Origin: a virus
Taxonomy: Duplodnaviria > Caudoviricetes
DNA: 35,543 nucleotides
IMG/VR virus record: IMGVR_UViG_3300031519_000090
Location: 1 to 35,543 of that record
Strand: one strand, 5' to 3'
Shown here: piece by piece, positions 26,685 to 35,503 of the stretch
Layout of the letters: each line of letters starts with the position of its first letter
Numbering within the stretch: position 1 is the first letter of the stretch
Notes under the pieces: generated by a model
Databases searched by the model: none
Seen by the model: only the letters and a program-made list of their open reading frames with translations
Told to the model about the DNA's origin: nothing
Position numbers and translations under genes: made by a program

Positions 26685-29188
26685 TAGTTCAATCTCCTAA
26701 ATTCAACATCCACTTTGCTGTAATCCACCATGTAGAATCCTGTGTCTGTTATTTGTCTCGCCCATGGAACTTCCTGTGCCATCACGCCCTCGTATGTTCC
26801 TACTGACTGCTTGTATTTAAACGAATAAATGTTGATGCCAGCAGGTGACTTGCCAACTAATTTAATGTCTTCTTTCAGTCTGACATCGCTAAACTTGAAT
26901 CCTGAAAAGAAACCTCCCACCGCTGTTTTTACTTTGGCACCATATGATCCCACTGATTTCTTTAAACTGGAGAATCCTGATGGTTCGTACTGACCCGGTC
27001 CACCACCCTGACCTGATTTGAAGAACCCTTTGGCCCTGTTGGCTATGCTAGAAAGTTGTGATACATTTGTGATATCGCCTGCCAGGACATTCCTGTAAAC
27101 ATTCGTTATTGTGCTTACATCATTCACCACTGACCCTAGGCTGTCTAAATTTAAATTTCCTGTTATGCCCTGTGCATTTTTCAACACGTCATTTAGACCT
27201 GTACCATATACGTTTCCACTTGTTCCAAATTCATCTAAAACGTTTCCGCTACTGCTCCCCAGTGAGAACAACTTGCCGGCATTGTTGACGAACACGTTGT
27301 CCTTGAACAACTGCACTGCACCGTCTCCGGATATGCTCTCTATCACTTGATTGGTCAACTGTGTCGTCAGGTTATTTTTGACATCATTCACCGAGTCGCT
27401 TAGGCTGAAGTTCTTCAACTTGTTGGATATGCTTTCTGCCTCGGCCCACGCCCCCTTGGCCTGGCTTATCACATTGAATGTCTTGTCATAGTTGTTTCCA
27501 ACCTCTGCTAATATCTCTCGTGCCTTGATAGCACTTGTGGAATTGCCCATCCTTTCCTTTAGTATTCTTTCAAAATCAGCCTGGGCCTGTCCATCCCTGA
27601 TGGAGGGTTTATCGGACAATCTGTTTTGCTGTTCCATGTACTCCACCGTTCCTGGTGTGCTGGACAGCCTGTACCACTGCTTGGTGTCCAGACGATCGCC
27701 CAGCGGGTCCAAGCTTGGTAGTTGTCCTTCTGATGTGAAAGCCTTGAATCTCGGCATGGGTTCGTGTGTGACGAATCTGTGTACTGTTGTCTTTGTTTTC
27801 TTTGTGAAAGATTGTAGTGGTTCAATGCCTTTTTTGGCCAGTTCCACATCTCCCTCTTCTCGTGGTGTCATTCCCACCTTGTCTGTGTTCAGCCATCCTG
27901 GTCCCCAAGTTGGACTTGCTTTTATTGAGTTCATGTGTACCTGTGCTCCTGCCAGATGCATCTGTCCTCCGGCTCCGTGCAGTTGTGTTCCGTTGGTGAA
28001 AGACGACAATCCGTCCCTTGCGAAATCCCTTATGGATCCTGCCTGCGAACTGTTGAATATTCCTTTTTCTCCCAGGTTGAACATTGCCGAGGCCGACTGT
28101 ATCATGTCCGTCTCCGCACTCATCCTTATGGATCCCGCGGCGTGCATGTTGATGTTGGCATCACTGTGTAGGTTGAAGTCACCCTGTGTCCTGATGTTTA
28201 TCCCACCCACTCCTGAGTAAAGATCTATCTTGCCATCTCGGTTCATTTCTATGTAGGCGTTACCTGAGGCATTGGCAATGTAAACTATGCCGTCCGTGTC
28301 ATGCATCAGCAACTGGTGTCCGGAGGCCGTCCTCAATCTCGTCAGTTGGTTTGTGCCGTCGGCGGCTCCATCGTCCATGGTGAATGTGTGTCCTGGTGTC
28401 CTGACAACATAGTCGGTCTCATTCGAATCTTTCGCACCCACTGGTTGCTTGGTTGTTCCTGTGTCCTTACGTCCTGGTGTGCTGATACCGAATACCTGGC
28501 TGGGTGATTCCCTACGTGCTGAACTCGACGTGTTACCCCTGATGTCATCTGCACTCAATCCCTGTCTTACAAGTACCTCAGCGAAAGGGTGTATGGGTTT
28601 TGGTATGGCTTCGTAGTTGTTGCTCGGCAAGGCACCTGGTGCTGTCCTATTAAGCTCGCCTGCGGGTACATTAGTCGATCCGTAGGTTGATTTCTTGTCT
28701 GCTTGGAATCCGGCATCTGGTCCCTCAAATGTTCCATCCAACGCATCGTGTGTGTTGGTGCTGGACGCTATGCCCGGTGTCATGTGATTGGTGTAGGGAT
28801 CCTGCACACAACCAATCCAGAATGCCTGGTTCATTTTTCCTTCTGCGAATATGACCAATACCGTTGTCTCTAGGTCAGGTGGTACTGCCCAGAATCCATA
28901 AGAGTGTTGACTGTGCTGGTATTCCGTTGAACCTGGAATACTGTATTTTATTCCTTTGGCTCCGTAGAATGGTGAGAGGTATTCGCATGTGATCAATTGA
29001 TCTTCGTTTCCGGAGCTCGTCTTTGCCATTGATGGGATCAAGACACTCAGCCTACCCATCCTGGTTGGATCTGTGTTGCCCTTAACTATGCCGATGTATG
29101 GTCCCGGTATCCCCTCGGCCGCCCATTCGTTCACCGTTCCCGGTGCTTTTGAGTTTGACGCATCACCTTTTAAATAATCTCTAAACAT
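26684..29188 (-). CDS. gp5: Baseplate central spike gp5/VgrG-like protein with C-terminal peptidase S74 chaperone (834 aa)
   Basis: OB-fold N-terminus (GIVKGNTDPTRMGRLSV...PPDLETTVLVIF), beta-helix entry (RTPGHTFTMDD...RLRTASGHQLLMHD), and C-terminal SDVRLKEDI...GVMAQEV...VDY. Confidence 0.8.
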   Translation of the reverse strand: MFRDYLKGDASNSKAPGTVNEWAAEGIPGPYIGIVKGNTDPTRMGRLSVLIPSMAKTSSGNEDQLITCEYLSPFYGAKGIKYSIPGSTEYQHSQHSYGFWAVPPDLETTVLVIFAEGKMNQAFWIGCVQDPYTNHMTPGIASSTNTHDALDGTFEGPDAGFQADKKSTYGSTNVPAGELNRTAPGALPSNNYEAIPKPIHPFAEVLVRQGLSADDIRGNTSSSARRESPSQVFGISTPGRKDTGTTKQPVGAKDSNETDYVVRTPGHTFTMDDGAADGTNQLTRLRTASGHQLLMHDTDGIVYIANASGNAYIEMNRDGKIDLYSGVGGINIRTQGDFNLHSDANINMHAAGSIRMSAETDMIQSASAMFNLGEKGIFNSSQAGSIRDFARDGLSSFTNGTQLHGAGGQMHLAGAQVHMNSIKASPTWGPGWLNTDKVGMTPREEGDVELAKKGIEPLQSFTKKTKTTVHRFVTHEPMPRFKAFTSEGQLPSLDPLGDRLDTKQWYRLSSTPGTVEYMEQQNRLSDKPSIRDGQAQADFERILKERMGNSTSAIKAREILAEVGNNYDKTFNVISQAKGAWAEAESISNKLKNFSLSDSVNDVKNNLTTQLTNQVIESISGDGAVQLFKDNVFVNNAGKLFSLGSSSGNVLDEFGTSGNVYGTGLNDVLKNAQGITGNLNLDSLGSVVNDVSTITNVYRNVLAGDITNVSQLSSIANRAKGFFKSGQGGGPGQYEPSGFSSLKKSVGSYGAKVKTAVGGFFSGFKFSDVRLKEDIKLVGKSPAGINIYSFKYKQSVGTYEGVMAQEVPWARQITDTGFYMVDYSKVDVEFRRLN

Positions 29189-31485
29189 TAGTAAAAACCC
29201 CTTGCTATACTTTTGACCCTGCTTTTTATGGTTTTTGTAACTTTACCAACAAGGTCGTTAATCTTCTTTCCTATGTTAATTACTTCAGATAGGTTACCGC
29301 CCTCAGTTTCTAGGAACGCATTGTATTCTGTTTTGTTTAACACAGTACCTCCACCCGAGTTGTTGTTTACGACTACATACTCGTCCATTGGAGATGATAT
29401 GTACACACCCTGGTTGTTGAATCTAGTAAGTTGCAAGACATTAGTGTATCTGCCGTTGTTGAAGTTGTGTTCCACCTGAATGACCCTGTACAGTCCACTG
29501 AACTGTGCTTGTTGTTCTGATTGCATCTCATATACACCACGCTTGTCGTCTACGTCAGTTGGCATCTTGAAATTCAAAAGTATGATAGGTTCTGCCAGGT
29601 CTGCATTGTAACATTTTCTTTTTGAATCCCATATTGCCTCTTTGTTTCCTCTCCAAAATGCTATGTCCTTGTCCCTGCTTGTTCCTTCCTCTGTTTGTTC
29701 GGGATTTGCCGGGATGAACTGTGACTGTCCCAACCACGCCGGATCACCCAGAATCTCCATCCTGACGTTAACCATGTCCGCCAATGGGTGTGTCAACTCG
29801 TCTAGGAACTGATCAATGAATGTGAAGCCTCCTCCCGTCTTATTAGTCCCAGAAGATTTTACAACACCGGGATTGTTTTTCAACAAGAAACTTTGGTCCT
29901 CAACGTCAACAGGGTTTGTTATACCTTTCTTCTTTTCTTGTTCTGTTTGTGCCGATTTGTTCTTTCTTCCGGTATCGCCGTCCACATCCTTGAGTCTGCT
30001 CTGGAAGTATGCCACCCTGTAGTTTATGTTGAGATCAAGAACATCAGTGTTCTCCCCTGTGAATATGTAGTTGTAGGTCTTGTACACGAAATTTTTAAAA
30101 TTCTGTCCTGTGCTGACGCCGGGTATGGCCAGAGAGTAGGCATGTATCATATATGGTTCCACCACAAACTTGATCTTCTTGGCGTTGGTCTGTCTCTTGT
30201 GATCAAACGCTCCTTTCATCGGAATCACTGTGGACCTGATCCTGAAGTATTTGAAATACATGTCGGGATTGCTTTTGCTCTTGTCATATCCACCGCTGGT
30301 GTCAAACACGGCTTTTTCTCCACCTGACTGCTGTACCGATGCTAGTGTCGTTGCCACTTTGCTTTTCCATTCAGTAAAAGTGATGTCCGAGAATCTCTCG
30401 TCCGCTTTCATCATTTCTTCCAGTATCTTTGTTATCGCTGTGTTGGAACTGATCCTCATGAAATCTATTGCTGTCTCTTCGGTCAGGCCAGCTCTAAGGC
30501 CTGGGTCTATTTTTTGGCTGGTCATCGCATTCTGATTGAAAAAATCTTTTCCAATTGTAACTCCTTTAGGATTGAAGGACTCGTCTATGTAGATCTCGTA
30601 CTGGTCTGGTACGCTGACACCCGCTGACACCATTTCTTCTTTATTCTGGTCGTTCAGTATTTGTTCTAGTGTCTTGACCACCGTGTTCAATTTCTGGTCT
30701 CTAGAGTATAGTGTTCCTGATGTCCTGGGCCAGTTAAATCTGTCCACGTATGCGAATTCGTTATAGGGTATGGCCGTTGCTGTGTATACCGATCCTGCGT
30801 TGTTCACTTCCACTTGCACGTCGGTCATTTTTACAGGTATCAGTCTCTTCATGTGCTTTCTCTCTTCGGCCGGCGCTAACTTTCCGTGCTCGTCGAAACC
30901 CGTGAACTCCACCGTCAACAGGTACGGTGCATCTAGATGATCAAGATAGTCGTTGTTGGCCGCGGCCGCCCTCATTCTCTCGAACAGGCTGATGCCAGCT
31001 GGCTCCACTATGGTCATCTTTATCTGTGTCACCGATGTCAATCTCCTCTTCTCGTTGAGTCCCGGTATGGCATTCATTGTCACATCCGTGAAGTACAAAT
31101 CTCTATCCCTCTTAAAAGTCCTTGAACTTTTGCCCAACGTTGCGGCCATCCTAGTATTTTGCTCTAATGTTTTGTTGAAGTCGTTGTTGGGATCTCTACC
31201 TCTCTCCCGGGCATTTTGCGATGACTCGTTGTGGCTCGAAAGGTTGCCGTCCGCTATACCTCCGCTCTTGATTATGATGTCGTGTGGTTTGCTGTTCAAC
31301 AGTGTCTTGGTATTTTCCAGGTCTGCCTGGCTCAGTGCCGACAGTGTGAACAGGGGTGTGTAAGATGCAAACTGGTTCAGTTGATTGGGATCGTTAACCG
31401 TGTGTACGAATGTTTTTGAGTCAACCGTCTTCTTATCGTGTATGCTGAACGATTCTATAGCCGTTGCTTTTAAATTTGGTGCCAT
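29188..31485 (-). CDS. Baseplate hub protein, gp27/late control D-like (765 aa)
   Basis: MTIVEPAGISL, EILGDPAWL and FSGLYRVIQVEHNF motifs; sits between gp53-like and gp5-like genes. Confidence 0.65.
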   Translation of the reverse strand: MAPNLKATAIESFSIHDKKTVDSKTFVHTVNDPNQLNQFASYTPLFTLSALSQADLENTKTLLNSKPHDIIIKSGGIADGNLSSHNESSQNARERGRDPNNDFNKTLEQNTRMAATLGKSSRTFKRDRDLYFTDVTMNAIPGLNEKRRLTSVTQIKMTIVEPAGISLFERMRAAAANNDYLDHLDAPYLLTVEFTGFDEHGKLAPAEERKHMKRLIPVKMTDVQVEVNNAGSVYTATAIPYNEFAYVDRFNWPRTSGTLYSRDQKLNTVVKTLEQILNDQNKEEMVSAGVSVPDQYEIYIDESFNPKGVTIGKDFFNQNAMTSQKIDPGLRAGLTEETAIDFMRISSNTAITKILEEMMKADERFSDITFTEWKSKVATTLASVQQSGGEKAVFDTSGGYDKSKSNPDMYFKYFRIRSTVIPMKGAFDHKRQTNAKKIKFVVEPYMIHAYSLAIPGVSTGQNFKNFVYKTYNYIFTGENTDVLDLNINYRVAYFQSRLKDVDGDTGRKNKSAQTEQEKKKGITNPVDVEDQSFLLKNNPGVVKSSGTNKTGGGFTFIDQFLDELTHPLADMVNVRMEILGDPAWLGQSQFIPANPEQTEEGTSRDKDIAFWRGNKEAIWDSKRKCYNADLAEPIILLNFKMPTDVDDKRGVYEMQSEQQAQFSGLYRVIQVEHNFNNGRYTNVLQLTRFNNQGVYISSPMDEYVVVNNNSGGGTVLNKTEYNAFLETEGGNLSEVINIGKKINDLVGKVTKTIKSRVKSIARGFY

Positions 31486-31488
31486 GGA

Positions 31489-31788
31489 TTAGATCCCCAG
31501 GTCTTTGAGAAGATTTTCCTTCTTGGGCAACTGTATTGTCACGCCTGGTTTGAAATCGTAAATTGGATCCTCTATTGCATCTGGATTACGCTGTGCGAAA
31601 ACCCACCACAGTCTCGGTGAACCATATAGATCATAGGCCAGTAGGTCTGGTCTGTATGCATAAGTTCTTTCAATCGTGTAGCTCTGGTCGTCCTGTTCCG
31701 CGGTCAGCGTCCTAGGATTAAGTATGTCAAGGTAGTTTCTTGTCTCTCCTGTGTCTGCGTATGGTGATGTGTTTGAATAGTCAGCCAT
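31489..31788 (-). CDS. gp53: Baseplate wedge gp53-like / LysM-type protein (99 aa)
   Basis: YRPDLLAYDLYGSPRLWWVFAQRN...DPIYDFKPGVTIQLP signature. Confidence 0.8.
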   Translation of the reverse strand: MADYSNTSPYADTGETRNYLDILNPRTLTAEQDDQSYTIERTYAYRPDLLAYDLYGSPRLWWVFAQRNPDAIEDPIYDFKPGVTIQLPKKENLLKDLGI

Positions 31789-32618
31789 TAGATGAACCCT
31801 ACCTCGTTGTCACCCTGTCCGTTCAACTCGCCACGCACGAACTTCTTCATGGAGAAGTTTTTAATACTTTCTCTAGAGTAGATTGGTGTCACCAGCACTG
31901 ATATGTTTGACAGTGTTGGCGCCCATGTTTGGTTTTTTTCTAATTCTGGTAATCCCATACGTTCCCTCGTTCTGGCAGTTTTGTAACCTGATTCGTTCTG
32001 TCTAGTAGAGATGTAGTCTATGCCCGCCCTAAGCTCAACGTTGAACGAGTTCAGTACCACTGGCACTTTCTGGAACATGTGATCTCCGTAGCCTGAAAGA
32101 TGCAAGATCGGTGGTGGATTGCCTTTCAATCCTGTACCATCGTCCTGGCCAAAGAACATCTTGGTCGCCGTCCTCAGGAAGTTGACCGTTGCTACCCAGT
32201 GCTTGGCATCATCCTGGTTCTGTACAGGATATTCTCCAATAATGTTCAGTGAGTCCACCTGTGAATTCTGGTACGCCTGGTGTGGGAAGTTGCTGTGTGT
32301 CATGTCCATGGCATTGTAGTTGGCCGAGTGCTGTATCACCATGGATGGTGTCAAGGGCCAGAATATGCCGTTCATACCTGCTAAGGGTTGCATCAGTGGG
32401 TTAGAGTCAAAATCAAAGAAACCGGTCAACGGACCATCTGGCACTGTCAGTTTCACACGCCAGTCTTCGTTGTCAGCCCTGCCGCTCCAACGGGCAGTTG
32501 CCCTCTTTATTTGATTGCTGTTGCCTGAAATACCGGAACCGAACAGTCTACCCAACGTCCTGTTGAATATGCCCGTGCCCACATTCTTGACTATTTTTCC
32601 AAATGTATCTATTGCCAT
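31788..32618 (-). CDS. Tail tube initiator / baseplate-tube junction protein (gp48/gp54-like, 276 aa)
   Basis: FWPLTPSM...HSANY and NPPPILHLSGYGDHMFQKVPVVLNSFNVEL resemble contractile-tail tube-fold proteins; directly upstream of gp53-like gene. Confidence 0.6.
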   Translation of the reverse strand: MAIDTFGKIVKNVGTGIFNRTLGRLFGSGISGNSNQIKRATARWSGRADNEDWRVKLTVPDGPLTGFFDFDSNPLMQPLAGMNGIFWPLTPSMVIQHSANYNAMDMTHSNFPHQAYQNSQVDSLNIIGEYPVQNQDDAKHWVATVNFLRTATKMFFGQDDGTGLKGNPPPILHLSGYGDHMFQKVPVVLNSFNVELRAGIDYISTRQNESGYKTARTRERMGLPELEKNQTWAPTLSNISVLVTPIYSRESIKNFSMKKFVRGELNGQGDNEVGFI

Positions 32619-32627
32619 TTTTAACGG

Positions 32628-32656
32628 TTGCTTTCCCTTGTAAAATTATGTATACT
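32628..32656 (+). promoter_or_regulatory. Sigma70-type promoter TTGCTT-N17-TATACT for the gp55-gp47 unit
   Basis: TTGCTT at 32628-32633, 17-nt spacer, TATACT at 32651-32656, in the divergent intergenic region. Confidence 0.65.
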
Positions 32657-32663
32657 TAAACTA

Positions 32664-32671
32664 TATTTATA
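32664..32671 (-). promoter_or_regulatory. T4-type late promoter TATAAATA heading the baseplate operon
   Basis: Perfect consensus 45 nt upstream of ATG 32618. Confidence 0.75.
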
Positions 32672-32760
32672 GGCATTATTTTAGGCACACTTAATTACCC
32701 ATACGACACAGATCAACAGACCTGTTTGTGGTCATTTTACATTAACATAATTGGAGAATC

Positions 32761-33747
32761 ATGAAGAGAGTAAAGTACCTAAACAACCGTGATCTACTAG
32801 CACAGATACATGCCAGCAAGAATACCTACTGTTCATACCTCGCACCCGAAGATGCACAGTTTGATCTGATAGTGCCCAATCTGAAGAAGATCAATGCCAA
32901 TGCAGTAGCAATGGCCAGGAAGGCCAAGGCCAAGAGACTGACCCAGGAGGCATGGGAGGCGGCGAAAGAGTCAGGACTGAAAAAAATTAAACTGGTGGAC
33001 TACACAGTGTCACCAAGGAAGATAGACAAGACCGATCTTGTGTTCAGGGTAATGATGTTTGATCATGTGCCACTGGACAGCGAAAGGAAGAAGAATCCCA
33101 AGCAGACATCAGATCACCACACAAAAGTGAACTTCCCACCATTCCAACACTACAGGCTTGACGAAAAAAATAAACCACAGTGCGTAGGAAAATCACACTG
33201 GATAGGTGGAATGGACAACGGATACTTCTCCTGTGATCATGGCAAGATGACCAACACACTGGCAATGATGTACATGAAGCTGTGTGAGAGATACGGTACC
33301 AGATCAAACTGGAGGGGCTACACCTACAATGATGAGATGCAGTCACAGGCCTTGATGCAACTGAGTCAGATAGGATTGCAGTTTGATGAATCAAAGTCAG
33401 ACAATCCGTTCGCATACTACACCGCGGCCATCACAAACTCATTTACAAGGATACTGAACATAGAGAAGAAAAACCAGGCCATCAGGGACGACCTGTTGGA
33501 GTACAACAGCATGATGCCAAGTTTCACAAGACAGAATGAGAACGCCACTAATGCCCCTTCATACAAGAAGATGATGGAGACTGTACACGGTGACGTACAC
33601 GAGGTCAACAAGACCGGTCTTGCAAAACTGAACAAGAAATTTAAGAAAAAAGGCAAACTCGATCTCAAAGACGACTTCGAGGACATAAAGTTTAAAAACA
33701 AGATAGACATGACCAATCACAAACCAACCGTAAAGAAGAAATGGTAA
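32761..33747 (+). CDS. gp55: Late transcription sigma factor, T4 gp55-like, enlarged (328 aa)
   Basis: YLNNRDLL N-terminus and NWRGYTYNDEM...QFDESKSDNPFAYYTAAITNSFTRIL match gp55; GGAG SD upstream; precedes gp47; cognate TATAAATA promoters are present. Confidence 0.85.
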   Translation: MKRVKYLNNRDLLAQIHASKNTYCSYLAPEDAQFDLIVPNLKKINANAVAMARKAKAKRLTQEAWEAAKESGLKKIKLVDYTVSPRKIDKTDLVFRVMMFDHVPLDSERKKNPKQTSDHHTKVNFPPFQHYRLDEKNKPQCVGKSHWIGGMDNGYFSCDHGKMTNTLAMMYMKLCERYGTRSNWRGYTYNDEMQSQALMQLSQIGLQFDESKSDNPFAYYTAAITNSFTRILNIEKKNQAIRDDLLEYNSMMPSFTRQNENATNAPSYKKMMETVHGDVHEVNKTGLAKLNKKFKKKGKLDLKDDFEDIKFKNKIDMTNHKPTVKKKW

Positions 33748-33750
33748 CAC

Positions 33751-34773
33751 ATGGCATTTTTTAAGAAAGTCGCATGTTTCACGGACATACACTTTGGCTT
33801 GAAGGGCAACAGCCGTGTACATAATGATGACTGCGAAGCATTTGTGATATGGTTCATAGAACAGGCAAAGGCCGAAGGATGTGAGACCTGCATATTCCTA
33901 GGTGACTGGCATCATCATAGATCAGCGACCAACGTTAGCACAATGAACTACACAGTGTCCAACATGGAACGACTGGGTGCGGCATTCGAGAAGGTCTATG
34001 TCATCATGGGCAACCATGATCTGTATTACAGGGAGAAAAGAGAGATCAATTCCATGGAATACATCAGGAACATTCCCAACATACACATAGTCAACGAATG
34101 GTTGGTGGAAGACGACGTTGCTATCCTTCCATGGATTGTGGAAGACGAATATAAAAAGATTGAGAAGATGAAACAGAAGTATGTGTTTGGACACTTTGAA
34201 CTGCCATACTTCAAGATGAATGCCATGGTAGAAATGCCTGACGTTGGCACAATCAAGACAGATCATTTTGCAAATTGCGGTAAAGTGTTCTCGGGACACT
34301 TCCATAAGAGACAACAAATGAAAAATGTGACCTACATGGGTAATGCGTTTCCCCACAACTACGCAGATGCCTGGGATGATGACAGAGGAATGATGGTACT
34401 AGAGTGGGGTGGTGAGCCCAAGTTTATAAATTGGCCGGAAATGCCAAGATATATCACAATCAAAATAAGTGAGTTGCTGGAAGATCCGGAGAAATATTTA
34501 AAACCAAAGATGTATGTGAGAGTCACACTTGATGTAAAAATATCGTACGAAGAAGCGAATTTCATCAGAGAAACATTCATAGACAAATACGGTCTGAGGG
34601 AACTACAACTGATACCTGAACAGGTGGACAATGCACAACAGCCAACTGTGGAAGTACAGAAGTTTGACAGTGTGGATCAGATCGTTATATCACAACTGCA
34701 AGGGGTGGATTCAGAAACATACGACAAGAACATATTAACAGCAATTTACAACGATCTAGATGTTACAAGTTAG
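33751..34773 (+). CDS. gp47: Recombination endonuclease subunit gp47 (Mre11/SbcD-like metallophosphoesterase, 340 aa)
   Basis: DIHFG, LGDWHH, GNHD, GHFE and SGHFH motifs. Confidence 0.92.
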   Translation: MAFFKKVACFTDIHFGLKGNSRVHNDDCEAFVIWFIEQAKAEGCETCIFLGDWHHHRSATNVSTMNYTVSNMERLGAAFEKVYVIMGNHDLYYREKREINSMEYIRNIPNIHIVNEWLVEDDVAILPWIVEDEYKKIEKMKQKYVFGHFELPYFKMNAMVEMPDVGTIKTDHFANCGKVFSGHFHKRQQMKNVTYMGNAFPHNYADAWDDDRGMMVLEWGGEPKFINWPEMPRYITIKISELLEDPEKYLKPKMYVRVTLDVKISYEEANFIRETFIDKYGLRELQLIPEQVDNAQQPTVEVQKFDSVDQIVISQLQGVDSETYDKNILTAIYNDLDVTS

Positions 34774-35503
34774 TAATTTAAACATCAAATTGTTAGACAA
34801 AGTCATAACAAAAAAATGGATGGAACTTCACCAGAGCTTGGATGTTGATCCCGATTCGATCATTGACAACAACAGCATAAGTGATGATATGTTTGTAAAA
34901 GACATACAAGAGGCCAATAAAGAGTTTGGTTTCAATTGGGCCACTAACCCAAAGACACAGGACGAGTATAATCAAATGCACAAAGATATAGAAACTGCAC
35001 CCAAGGACAAAGCAGATCAGTTACAAAGCATACACAATCATTTACATGTCAAAGAGGCCGGAAACAACAAAGCAAGTCAGATACAGTTTGTCTGGTCAGA
35101 AAGTCTGGGACAGTTTTACAAAAAACAACCAATCGAGTATGACATGCCCAAGGATGCGGAACCATTCGATAAAACAATAGCATACGGCGATGTCTACCTC
35201 GGTTATCCCCATGTTGGCAAGTCTCCAGAAGTTTGTATGTCACAGAACGACAACTCCAACCTAGAACAAACATGCAGGATACACAATAAGATTGTGTGTG
35301 ATATTTTGATAAGCCTAGTAGATGTAACCTGTAAGTCCGACAATCAATTACTAGAATGGTATGATAATAATAAAATCACTATGTTTACCAAAGAAGAGAT
35401 GTTAAAGTATAATGGTTGGGCTAAAATTGGCGAAGTGATCAACAAAGAACAAATTAATAATATTGACAGGAATAATTTAAAGATACAGTATGTCACAAAT
35501 TAG
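34760..35503 (+). CDS. Hypothetical protein (247 aa)
   Basis: Long ORF overlapping the gp47 stop, AT-rich, no recognisable family (contains HNHLH and GDVYLGYPHVGK). Confidence 0.7.
   Translation: MLQVSNLNIKLLDKVITKKWMELHQSLDVDPDSIIDNNSISDDMFVKDIQEANKEFGFNWATNPKTQDEYNQMHKDIETAPKDKADQLQSIHNHLHVKEAGNNKASQIQFVWSESLGQFYKKQPIEYDMPKDAEPFDKTIAYGDVYLGYPHVGKSPEVCMSQNDNSNLEQTCRIHNKIVCDILISLVDVTCKSDNQLLEWYDNNKITMFTKEEMLKYNGWAKIGEVINKEQINNIDRNNLKIQYVTN

Noticed and set aside
162-32514. Many + strand ORFs of 60-240 aa (e.g. 504-1022, 6471-7133, 7915-8610, 27492-28220)
   Set aside because: Antisense shadows of real minus-strand genes, explained by codon bias; V/P/S-rich translations with no SD or motifs.
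22718-32618. Bacterial contractile injection system (T6SS/eCIS) locus
   Set aside because: Adjacent gp55 and gp47 and TATAAATA promoters indicate a lytic T4-related phage.
32628-32634. TTGCTTT as a T4 MotA box (middle promoter)
   Set aside because: The 17-nt spacing to the -10 fits a sigma70 -35 element rather than the shorter MotA spacing.
32700-32735. Imperfect hairpin in the gp55 leader
   Set aside because: Short, weak stem with no U-tract; cannot support a terminator or regulatory RNA by eye.
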